A stretch of 64,000 nucleotides of DNA. Source: an uncultured Cytophagales bacterium. Lineage in GTDB: Bacteria; Bacteroidota; Bacteroidia; Cytophagales; Cyclobacteriaceae. Below, piece by piece: positions 10,120 through 19,362 of the stretch. The stretch covers positions 40,595 to 104,594 of the forward strand of contig CAVZFT010000035.1 in the NCBI GenBank assembly GCA_963774615.1, given 5' to 3'. Position 1 is the stretch's first letter, and the number at the start of each line of letters is the position of its first letter. The translations under genes were made by a program, and so were the position numbers. A model generated the notes under the pieces. The model was not told the DNA's origin, made no database searches, and worked only from the letters and a program-made list of their open reading frames with translations.

Positions 10120-10563
10120 ATGGAGCTGTATACGGATGAGTTTTTCATGCGCGAAGCCTTAAAGGAGGCTACTAAAGCGTTGGAGATCAGTGAGGTACCG
10201 GTGGGTGCCGTGGTCGTATGCAAGAACAGGATAATCGCACGCGGTCATAATCAAACGGAAAAGCTCACGGACGCTACTGCTCATGCAGAGATGTTATCCG
10301 TTACAGCAGCGGCAAATTATTTGGGTTCGAAATATCTGAGTGAATGTACCTTGTATGTTACTCTTGAACCCTGTGTGATGTGTGCAGGGGCGCTGAACTG
10401 GACGCAATTGCAGAAACTGGTTTATGGAGCGTCAGATATTCAGCGCGGGTTCAGCCTCGTAAGTACTCCGTTGCTGCATCCGAGGACGGAAGTTGTTAAG
10501 GGAGTGAAGGCCGATGAATGCAAGAAACTGATCGACATGTTTTTTAAAACAATAAGAAAGTAG
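10120..10563 (+). CDS. tadA: tRNA adenosine deaminase / nucleoside deaminase
   Basis: EVPVGAV, AHAE and TLEPCVMCAGA zinc-deaminase motifs. Confidence 0.9.
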   Translation: MELYTDEFFMREALKEATKALEISEVPVGAVVVCKNRIIARGHNQTEKLTDATAHAEMLSVTAAANYLGSKYLSECTLYVTLEPCVMCAGALNWTQLQKLVYGASDIQRGFSLVSTPLLHPRTEVVKGVKADECKKLIDMFFKTIRK

Positions 10564-10592
10564 TTAACAACAATAAAACAGAATAAGTTAAG

Positions 10593-10935
10593 ATGGAAGT
10601 AAAAGGAAGAGTAACACAATTGCTGCCGCAGCAGTCTGGGATGGGAAAAAAAGGTCCCTGGAAAAAACAGGAGTTTATACTTGAAACTCAAAGTCAATAT
10701 CCTAAGAAGATATGTTTTTCTATTTGGGGCGATAAGATTGACCAGTACAACCTGGCTACCGGTGATATGGTAAACGTTTTTGTGGACCTCGAAAGCCGCG
10801 AGTATAACGGACGCTGGTATACGGAGGCCCGGGCATGGAAGATTGAAAAAGGGTGCATCATCAGGCACACCACCTCCGCCTGACCAGGAGCCTTTCTTAG
10901 CAGAGAACACATCGTCTGATGATCTGCCGTTCTAA
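10593..10935 (+). CDS. DUF3127 (OB-fold, SSB-like) protein; 1-bp frameshift near 10850
   Basis: WKKQEFILET..YPKKICFSIWGDKID..DLESREYNGRWYTEARAWKIE; the shifted frame restores the acidic tail ..SSDDLPF*. Confidence 0.85.
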
Positions 10936-11031
10936 AGCTACAAGCTTCAAGCTACAAGCTTCAAGCTTCAAGCTTATAGCCTATAGCTTATAGCTTATGG
11001 CTTGTGGCTTGTAGCTTGCGGCTTGAAGCTT
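10935..11031. repeat. Inverted heptamer array AAGCTAC/AAGCTTC ... GTAGCTT/GAAGCTT
   Basis: About 6 direct units then about 7 reverse-complement units, starting at the DUF3127 stop codon. Confidence 0.85.
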
Positions 11032-11084
11032 TTTTGATCAATCAATTTTGAGGAGATGAAATTTTCTTGGCTGTGTATTGGTTG

Positions 11085-11092
11085 TATATTTG
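11085..11092 (+). promoter_or_regulatory. Sigma-A -7 box upstream of sod
   Basis: TATATTTG about 50 bp before the ATG. Confidence 0.55.
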
Positions 11093-11139
11093 ACATCTTC
11101 AAAAAAACAATGTTTAACCTTTAAAAATTAAGAAACATT

Positions 11140-11749
11140 ATGGCCTTTACACTCCCCGCACTTCCCTATGCCTTTAATGCATTGGAACCACATATTGATG
11201 CACGCACCATGGAAATACACCATGGCAAACACCATAACGCTTACGTTACTAACCTTAACAACGCTATCGCTGGCAAGCCTGAAGAAAATTTGAGCATTGA
11301 AGAGATATGCAAATCAATATCGAAATATCCAGCAGCCTGTACGCAATAACGGCGGCGGCCATTATAACCATAGTTTGTTCTGGACACTACTAAGTCCAAA
11401 GGGTGAAGGTTCGCCTTCTGGTGCACTTGGCGATGCTATTAATTCAGCATTTGGAACATTTGATGAGTTTAAGACAAAGTTTGCTGCAGCAGCGACTGGT
11501 AGATTTGGTTCGGGCTGGGCATGGTTAATTGTGGATGCAGGTGGCAAGCTTCAGATCACATCAACACCAAATCAGGACAATCCTCTTATGGATGTTGCTG
11601 AAGGACGTGGTACTCCTGTTTTAGGACTCGATGTATGGGAGCACGCTTATTATCTGAATTATCAAAACCGTCGTCCGGATTATATCGCCGCGTTCTGGAA
11701 TGTGGTGAACTGGAGCGAAGCAGCTAAGAGATTTGGTTCAGCAAAATAA
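11140..11749 (+). CDS. sodA: Fe/Mn superoxide dismutase; 1-bp frameshift near 11337
   Basis: [27 protein letters not shown] and DVWEHAYY across two ORF-track pieces; Mn versus Fe cofactor not determined. Confidence 0.9.
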
Positions 11750-11777
11750 TTGCTGCCAACATTAACAATTCATTGGG

Positions 11778-11806
11778 GGCCGCTGGTAATCAGCGGCCTT
11801 TCTTTT
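11778..11806 (+). terminator. Intrinsic terminator after sod
   Basis: GGCCGCTG-GTAAT-CAGCGGCC-TTTCTTTT. Confidence 0.8.
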
Positions 11807-11807
11807 G

Positions 11808-12251
11808 TTATCTGCGTATCAGATACATTAGCCCTACACGGATTGCAAATTCGCCTTCGAAATAGTAATCGCCCATTGCTTCAAATTGAAAATTCGAGCC
11901 AAGAGGTTTGTTCCATCCTGCGCCTAGTGACAGGTCATTTTTACCGATAAGACCACGACCTCGCGCAAAGAAATGTTCCAGGGGATACCAGCGCGCACCA
12001 ACCACCGCGCTCATCACATTGTCGGCCCAGATATCCAGACCACCCGTTGCAGTAACTTTTGATGTGATAAAATAATTGAACTCTCCACCAACCTGCGCTT
12101 TCTGAACGAAACCTTCATTGTCGGTTTTGATCAGGTCAAATGCGCCGCCTACAAGAAAATCGTTGGCCTTCTGTGAAAACAGATCCATTGACGTTAGGCT
12201 CAGGGCAAAACTTAACAGCAAAATTTTCATCATCGCCGGAATAAAATGCAA
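11808..12251 (-). CDS. Small outer-membrane beta-barrel protein (hypothetical)
   Basis: Signal peptide, alternating hydrophobic pattern, terminal aromatic strand RVGLMYL. Confidence 0.65.
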   Translation of the reverse strand: MHFIPAMMKILLLSFALSLTSMDLFSQKANDFLVGGAFDLIKTDNEGFVQKAQVGGEFNYFITSKVTATGGLDIWADNVMSAVVGARWYPLEHFFARGRGLIGKNDLSLGAGWNKPLGSNFQFEAMGDYYFEGEFAIRVGLMYLIRR

Positions 12252-12257
12252 TAACGA

Positions 12258-13520
12258 TTAAGCTTTTTGTCCTTTACCATTTCCATGCCAGCGCTTGCGA
12301 CTCCGATGGAATGAGCCTTTTTGACGATTGTCTGACTCTTTGTTTGTGGAATGAATTTGAGGTGGTCTTGGCATGCCAACGTGCAACAAAGGATAAGGGT
12401 GGTCTTCGACGACGGGGATGGTTTTTTTGATCAGCTTGTGTATATCTGCCAGGAACTCCTTCTCCTCCTCATCGCAGAATGAGAACGATGTTCCTTTCGC
12501 CCCCGCGCGACCCGTTCTACCTATGCGATGTACGTAGGTCTCGGGTACATTGGGTAGTTCATAGTTGATCACGTGCGAAAGATCGTCTACATCAATGCCG
12601 CGTGCAGCGATATCGGTAGCGACCAAAACACGCGTGTGTTGTGACTTGAAATTAGCAAGGGCTCTTTGACGCGCTCCCTGTGACTTATTACCGTGTATGG
12701 CTTCTGCGCGGATTCCCGATTTTTTTAAATCACTGGCGATGCGGTCGGCGCCATGTTTGGTTCGGGCGAATACCAGTGCCGTTGCTATAGATGTATCTTT
12801 TAATACGTGCAACAAAAGTTTTTTCTTGTCTTTCTTTTCGACAAAATAGATGGATTGCTGAATTGTATTCGCAGTGGAAGATACAGGAGTTACTTCGACT
12901 TTTTCGGGATTAATCAGAATCGTCTGGGAGAGTTTTGCTATTTCTGTGGGCATTGTAGCCGAAAACAGAATCGTTTGCCGTTTCACAGGAACACGTGCAA
13001 TTATCTTTTTTACATCATGAATGAAACCCATGTCGAGCATACGGTCTGCTTCATCCAATACCAACATTTTCAGGTTTTGCAGTTTTACAAAACGTTGGTC
13101 CATCAGGTCAAGTAGTCGGCCTGGTGTCGCAATAAGAATATCTACACCAGCACGAAGCTTGTCGGTTTGCGCACGTTGTGGAACACCACCGAAAATAACA
13201 GTGTGGCTTAAGCGGAGATATTTACCGTACGAGGCGAAGCTTTCATCAATCTGAATAGCAAGTTCCCGAGTTGGCGTCAGGATCAAAGCTTTTATTCCAT
13301 CAGGCCCTTTTACATAAAGTTCGTCCTGGTGGAGTAATTGTAAAATAGGCAGCGCAAACGCCGCGGTCTTACCCGTTCCTGTTTGAGCACAACCTAACAA
13401 ATCGCGTCGCTGCAGCAGGACGGGAATTGCTTGTTGTTGAATGGGTGTGGGCGAAGTATAACCTTCGGACTTCAGAGCCCGCACGAGCGGCTCAATTAAA
13501 TTTAATTTTTCGAATGGCAT
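12258..13520 (-). CDS. rhlE: DEAD-box RNA helicase (RhlE-like)
   Basis: Q motif [42 protein letters not shown]. Confidence 0.9.
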   Translation of the reverse strand: MPFEKLNLIEPLVRALKSEGYTSPTPIQQQAIPVLLQRRDLLGCAQTGTGKTAAFALPILQLLHQDELYVKGPDGIKALILTPTRELAIQIDESFASYGKYLRLSHTVIFGGVPQRAQTDKLRAGVDILIATPGRLLDLMDQRFVKLQNLKMLVLDEADRMLDMGFIHDVKKIIARVPVKRQTILFSATMPTEIAKLSQTILINPEKVEVTPVSSTANTIQQSIYFVEKKDKKKLLLHVLKDTSIATALVFARTKHGADRIASDLKKSGIRAEAIHGNKSQGARQRALANFKSQHTRVLVATDIAARGIDVDDLSHVINYELPNVPETYVHRIGRTGRAGAKGTSFSFCDEEEKEFLADIHKLIKKTIPVVEDHPYPLLHVGMPRPPQIHSTNKESDNRQKGSFHRSRKRWHGNGKGQKA

Positions 13521-13654
13521 GTTTTGATCTTAATAATTTGCGGAGGCAGCATTGTTAATTTTGAAGACGCCTCTCGATTAATCTGCACTGAAAGTGCGTT
13601 TTTGTACAATTTTGGGGGTTGCAACAGACAAAGGTACACGAATATCTTCAATAT

Positions 13655-13707
13655 CCAGCTACCTGGCTACCTGGCTACCTGGCTACCTAGGTACCTAGGC
13701 ACCTGGC
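13655..13707. repeat. Octamer tandem array (TACCTGGC/TACCTAGG)n
   Basis: CCAGCTACCTGGCTACCTGGCTACCTGGCTACCTAGGTACCTAGGCACCTGGC; same family as 2626-2663. Confidence 0.85.
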
Positions 13708-13716
13708 TTCGGCTAA

Positions 13717-14610
13717 CTATCTAAGAAATTCGTTAGGTGGCTCTTGCTTCATCAGGCTTTTGCGTTTCATTTCATCCGCCTGCCAACGGTATACCCATGA
13801 GAACCCAAAACGGCCGGTATAGTGGTCTTTTGATTGATAGACCTTATCCTTCAACGCTTCATTCAAACTGATGAAAGCGTAACCATCGTGTTTCAAACGT
13901 TTGATTAATTCACCCAAATAGTCGGTATTCAATGGGTTGTCATGGCACAAGTAAATGTGTTTGATGTTTCTGCCGTACATTTCTTTGCATAGCTTTTCAA
14001 AGTACGCGAATAGCTGCAGCGTATACGTTAGATAGGATTCGCCAATTTGTTTGGCTTTTTCCATATCATTATTCCGCAACGCAACTTCATAGCTGCTATT
14101 AAATGCCCAATCTTCGCTTTCAATTGTAAAAGGTGCGTTAATGTATCCCATTTCCTTTAAAAACAACTTTACCTGATGATGTGCTGCACTGTCTTTGCCC
14201 ATGCTGTTATAGGGAAAGCGAAAATATAACGGATTCTTTTTGATCGTTTCCTTCGTGATAATCGCCCCCTTTACAACATCATCCTTAAATGCAGTAAAAC
14301 TTGTGTCAGAGTAGTTCATATGACTATACGAATGATTGCCTGGCGTGATGTTCTTACTTGTTAACCACTTGACGAGTCCCTGCCGGTTTTCTTTTTCAAA
14401 CTCATTTAAATAGACATTTCTTTCATTGATAAAAATAGCAACGGGGAGTTTCAGCTCGTTGATCTGATTCAGCAGGAGAGATGAAAAGCCGTGTTGCTTA
14501 TAAACGTGCACGTTGGGGATGTCATCAATGGTTATAGAAACTTCTTTATGTTGGGCGATGGTCGCTTGTGCGATGAAGCACAGTAATATCAAGGCGCGCA
14601 GTTTGTTCAC
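13717..14610 (-). CDS. Polysaccharide deacetylase (CE4 family), secreted
   Basis: ITIDD, GNHSYSH, YFRFPY, LCHD motifs. Confidence 0.85.
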   Translation of the reverse strand: MNKLRALILLCFIAQATIAQHKEVSITIDDIPNVHVYKQHGFSSLLLNQINELKLPVAIFINERNVYLNEFEKENRQGLVKWLTSKNITPGNHSYSHMNYSDTSFTAFKDDVVKGAIITKETIKKNPLYFRFPYNSMGKDSAAHHQVKLFLKEMGYINAPFTIESEDWAFNSSYEVALRNNDMEKAKQIGESYLTYTLQLFAYFEKLCKEMYGRNIKHIYLCHDNPLNTDYLGELIKRLKHDGYAFISLNEALKDKVYQSKDHYTGRFGFSWVYRWQADEMKRKSLMKQEPPNEFLR

Positions 14611-14648
14611 GGTGGGCTTCAGCTAAGGTAAAACGAAAAAATAAATTA

Positions 14649-15711
14649 CTAAAGATTACCGGTTGTAACAAATGGCTTAGCAATCGGCACTGAGGGCTCG
14701 TTTAATTTATCAGCTAACTTCTCAAGAGTTGTGGATTCCAATTCTACGCGACTCGCTATTCCATTTGTGGATTCCCATTTTATCAGCTTGATATACCCAT
14801 CGACGATTTCGATTCCTGTAATGTCCCCATCATCAAAACAACAACACCCCGTGTTAAAGTAGGATGGTTTTATGTCCTTGTAGAGGTTATTGTCTTTTTG
14901 TCGCTGCAGGCGCTCAAAGTGTGTGAATGATTCAAATACCGGTTGATGCGTATGGCCGGTGATGAGCAACATCCCTTTTTGTTCTGACGACCATTCATAC
15001 ATTAGTCTATTGTGCTCCGTTTTTAGTGTAACGTCATAAGCCGGCGTGTTTGGATTTATATGCAAATAAGCTTGCAACGGTGCCCATATTTTCGAGATAA
15101 AGAATTTACTGAAAAGATTACCATCGCTCTGCCCATCGCCCTGGTGACCATGAGTGCAGTATATAGAAAGTGTTTTACCTGAAATCGTCCCTTCAAGAAT
15201 AATTCCTTCGAGAGCGACGATATCGTCATCATAAATTCCTCGCAGCTCGTTTTCGGCCAGCGGGTTTATTTCCCATTCCAGATCATGATTACCGAATATT
15301 TTAGTAAAAGCGTGGCGACTTAGAAATTGTTTCTCTGCTTCAAATGAATCCCTGTTATGCTTCTTTACCTGTGCCAGTGTATTTTCCCAGAGTTCTTCGG
15401 AATCGCCCAGGCAAATGAGGTGGAAGTTATTTGAATAATAATGGTTAAGGGCAGCGATATAGTTCGGTTCGGCAAGCTGGAAATCATCTGCTCCGTTCTT
15501 TGCCCCTTTATGCTGGTCTGAGAAAATAATGAACCTGCTGTTTGTGCTAGTCCAAAGGAAGAACCATTCCCTTCTTGCCCTGCGACGTTTTGATTTTCAC
15601 CTGTAGTTTGCTCAATGCCTCGAAGACCCGGGTACGGTCAGGATTTGAGCTGAGCCGGATAGCCAGCCAGCGAATCGGCCTCAAGAATAAGTAACGAATT
15701 AGTTTCCGCAT
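14649..15711 (-). CDS. Calcineurin-like metallophosphoesterase; frameshift near 15547
   Basis: My translation of the gap between ORF-track pieces gives SDQH, LGDSEE, GNHD and THGH, joining the GHTH-containing C-terminal ORF. Confidence 0.8.
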
Positions 15712-15901
15712 TTGAAGGTTGAAATCTAAACGATGGCCATTGTAACAAAGTACACAGGTACTTGTGTCACAACTATTTCGTTCAAACTTTTTTTTAACCA
15801 CCAATAAAATAACGCAAAAGATGCCTATAAAATCCCTGCGTAATTGAAATCCGGGATTAATGGAATTCTATACCTTCAACTTATAAAGTAAACTACGAGT
15901 T

Positions 15902-17420
15902 ATGAAATATCTATTGATGACACTATGCTTTCTGGCCGCAACAAACGGACGTGCCCAGGAAAACGCCGTTGGGGTATTTCAGGATCACATCGACGTAGGA
16001 AATCCAAAAATGGCGGGAACAACGCAGTATGACGCCAAAACACAAACGTATAACCTTAAGGGAGCAGGATACAACATCTGGTTTAACAGGGATGAGTTTC
16101 AGTTTGCTTATAAAAAGCTCAAGGGAGACTTTATTGTGACGGCCGACTTTGAGTTTGTTGGTACCGGTACGGACGCTCACAGAAAGATCGGATGGATGGT
16201 GAGGGCCTCGAAGGATGACAATGCTATGCATGTGAGCGCCGTGGCCCACGGCGACGGACTGACAGTTTTGCAATGGAGAAGATTACGTGGTGCATTCATG
16301 AGGGATCCTGAGGACGAGATCTTTACCCCGAAAAAGTCTTACCGTACAATTCAGTTGGAGCGGGCCGGCAAAGAGATCATCATGCGTGCCGCACACCCGG
16401 GTGAACCACTTCAGACGATCGGATCAATTGTGCTCGAAGATATGCCTGATGAGGTCTTGTCGGGCTTATTCATCGGCTCGCACAACCCCGATGTTGTTGA
16501 GGAAGCAAATGTTTGGAATGTGCGTATAGATCAGCCGGTACCTGACAGCTTATAATCCTGGCCGCGAGGGTTATCTGGGCTGCCGACTGGAGCTTTTAAA
16601 TGTTTTCGATGGAAAACGAAAAGTCATTCATGAAGAACCCGGACGTTTTGAAGCGCCTAATTGGACACCTGATGGAAAGAAATTGATCATCAACAAGGAT
16701 GGCTCATTGTACAGGATACCGGTGGAAGGAGGGGAGCTCGAAAAGATAAACACCGGAACGGCTAACAGAAATAATAATGACCATGGGATTTCATTTGATG
16801 GCAAGATGCTGGCACTTAGTCACCATCGTGATGGACTTCCGGGAGGCGGATCTACCGTTTACGTCGTGCCGATTGAAGGAGGTACACCGAAGCAGGTGAC
16901 AGAGCTTACACCATCCTATTGGCACGGATGGGCGCCGAACAACAAGGAAGTGTTGTTTGTCGGTCAACGCGACGGAAAAAATTACGACATCTACAAGATT
17001 GCAGTAAATGGCGGCAAAGAGATCAAGCTTACAAACAATAATGGAACTCACGCCGATGGCCCTGAATATTCTCCGGACGGAAAATATATCTATTACAACG
17101 GCAACCAGTCGGGCACAATGCAGATCTGGCGTATGAAACCCGACGGATCAGGCAAAGAACAATTAACGTTCGATGATAACAACAATTGGTTTCCACATAT
17201 ATCACCTGATGGCAAATGGATAGTTTACATTTCATTTCCATCCACTATCCCCGTTAGTGCTCATCCATCCTACAAACGCGTAACCTTAAAACTGATGCCC
17301 GTGTCCGGTGGCGCACCAAAGGTTATCGCTTATTTGTACGGAGGGCAGGGAACGATCAATGTTCCTTCATGGTCGCCGGACAGTAAATCCATTGCATTTG
17401 TAAGCAATTCAGGAAAATAG
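15902..17420 (+). CDS. TolB-like PD40 beta-propeller protein with an N-terminal lectin-like domain; frameshift near 16550
   Basis: Signal peptide; repeated WTPDGK/SFDGK/WAPNNK/YSPDGK/ISPDGK/WSPDSK; the frame continues ..DSYNPGREGYLGCRLE after removing one T. Confidence 0.85.
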
Positions 17421-17609
17421 TGATGTTCAATTAGACTACTGAAATTTCCAGTGCGGACATAAAATATTTTCAATAAACTGCACGTGAATGTCGAACGCCC
17501 AATCCTGTATCCACAATTTCCAATGTCAAAAGCAACAGACTCGCAATAGCTTATTTAGCGAAATTTTTCTTGAATTGAGCCTCGAGTTGCTCCATTCCGA
17601 TCGACATTC

Positions 17610-17650
17610 CCTGCCCGTCCGGCAGGCGGGGGAGTTGGACATTGGACATT
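17610..17650. repeat. REP-like palindrome CCTGCCCGTCCGGCAGGCGGG next to GGACATT heptamers
   Basis: Seen directly in the intergenic region. Confidence 0.6.
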
Positions 17651-17832
17651 CAGGAACGAAGCAAGACCTTCAAAAAAGATTCTACTCTTGAAATGAGGCA
17701 GCCTTAAAAGAGCTTCGCGAAACGCCTGTCTCGGCAGAATTGTTTCCTGGTTATTGAAGCAAATAACAAAGGTTGAATTTTAAGAGGCAATAGACGTCTT
17801 TTGAATGAGGATGTATTTGTATTGCTTTCGTA

Positions 17833-19227
17833 ATGATTGAAATTAGAAACGCAGTTGTAATTAAAAGCGGAAAAAGGCTGTTTGATGACTTCAGCTGGAA
17901 GATCCACGACGGCGAGCATTGGGTCATAAGCGGACCAAATGGAAGTGGTAAGACTACGTTGCTCGAAATAATTTCCGGAGCGGTACATCTTCCGCAAGGG
18001 GAGTTGATTTTTAGTTTTATCGACGGCGATACGTGGGACGAACGTTATGCTCAACGCAGGAGAAAGATACATTATATCCCCGCGCATGCCATCCATACAT
18101 TGTTAAGCGACGTCCAGGGACTTTATTATCAGCAACGCTATTACGGTATTGGTGACGAGCGGATCCCACTGGTAAGAGAAGTATTGGGAAAGGCAGGAGA
18201 AGAAATTAAAAACCTTCCGATTCCCGAAAGCCTTTCCATAAACCATTTCCTTGATCTGGAAGTGACGCGGCTATCAAACGGGCAGTTGAAGAAAGTACTG
18301 CTGTTGAAAGCTGTCCTGACTGAAATTCCGAAGTTGCTTTTACTGGATTATCCCTTCGAGGGGCTTGATTTTGACAGCCGTGAAGATCTTTGCCGGTTTA
18401 TTGATTTTCTGGCATCAACCTATGGTGTTCAGATAATCCTCGTTGATCACCATCACCACTTGCCGGGTGTTATTAATCGAAAACTAATTCTCAACGACTT
18501 TGCCATTGAAGCCGAAGAAGTTTGTTCACCAGAACCCTCCCGTATTTTTTCATCTCCTGGCCAGCCCGATAAATCAGGCTCCGGAATACCTGTTGTTGAA
18601 ATACGGGATTTGAAAATTCAGTATAAGGATCACATCGTGCTGAAGGATTTCAATTGGACTGTTCACCAGGGTGACCGTTGGGCGTTGATAGGCAAGAATG
18701 GATCAGGGAAGACAACTTTGTTCAGTATGATCTTCGCCGATCATCCTATGGCCTATAGTCAGCAAATCTGGTTGTTCGGCCGGCGCCGGGGTAGTGGTGA
18801 GTCGATATGGGAGATCAAAAAGAGGATGGCTTACGTTGGACCGGAGTTGGTTAGCTATCTCGCTCCCAAATCGATAGGGTTATCGGCGAGAGAATATATC
18901 CGAAGCATAAACAAAAAATTGAATGAGAGCAGCCTGAATGCACTCATCGATCATTTCGGTGCTGAAACTTTTATAGACAAGGCCGTAAGAAGTTTATCAT
19001 CCGGCGAGTTGCAGCTGATGCTGATCATGAATTGTTTCCTTACCGAAAAAGAGCTTTTGTTGTTGGATGAACCCTTTCAGTTCCTTGATGATCGGCAGAA
19101 GCAGAATCTTAGTCGTTATCTTCAGAGTCACCTGCATGCTGAAACCACATTGATCCTGATCACTCACTACGCAGACGATCTTGCTGAGTGGACGAACTAT
19201 ACGAAGGCAGTGAGCAATGAGCAGTGA
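17833..19227 (+). CDS. Duplicated ABC ATP-binding protein (ModF/YlmA-like)
   Basis: Two Walker A motifs (GPNGSGKT, GKNGSGKT), LSNGQ/LSSGE signatures, LLLD motifs. Confidence 0.85.
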   Translation: MIEIRNAVVIKSGKRLFDDFSWKIHDGEHWVISGPNGSGKTTLLEIISGAVHLPQGELIFSFIDGDTWDERYAQRRRKIHYIPAHAIHTLLSDVQGLYYQQRYYGIGDERIPLVREVLGKAGEEIKNLPIPESLSINHFLDLEVTRLSNGQLKKVLLLKAVLTEIPKLLLLDYPFEGLDFDSREDLCRFIDFLASTYGVQIILVDHHHHLPGVINRKLILNDFAIEAEEVCSPEPSRIFSSPGQPDKSGSGIPVVEIRDLKIQYKDHIVLKDFNWTVHQGDRWALIGKNGSGKTTLFSMIFADHPMAYSQQIWLFGRRRGSGESIWEIKKRMAYVGPELVSYLAPKSIGLSAREYIRSINKKLNESSLNALIDHFGAETFIDKAVRSLSSGELQLMLIMNCFLTEKELLLLDEPFQFLDDRQKQNLSRYLQSHLHAETTLILITHYADDLAEWTNYTKAVSNEQ

Positions 19228-19262
19228 GCAATGAGCAATGAGCAATGAGGAATGAGGAATGG
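19208..19262. repeat. Heptamer array GAGCAAT/GAGGAAT overlapping the last codons of the ABC gene
   Basis: CAGTGAGCAATGAGCAGTGAGCAATGAGCAATGAGCAATGAGGAATGAGGAATGG. Confidence 0.85.
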
Positions 19263-19320
19263 AATATTGACGAGCGGACGCATGAGTTATAGCTGAGTAC
19301 GGGATCCTTAGTGGGTTGAC

Positions 19321-19361
19321 CCTTATACCTTATACCTTATACCTTATACCTTATACCTTAT
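19321..19361. repeat. Heptamer array (CCTTATA)x5-6 at the stop of the TonB-dependent receptor
   Basis: CCTTATACCTTATACCTTATACCTTATACCTTATACCTTAT. Confidence 0.9.
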
Positions 19362-19362
19362 C

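Noticed and set aside
16545-16560. Stop-codon reassignment explaining split genes
   Set aside because: The downstream parts continue in different frames, so these are indels and not read-through stops.
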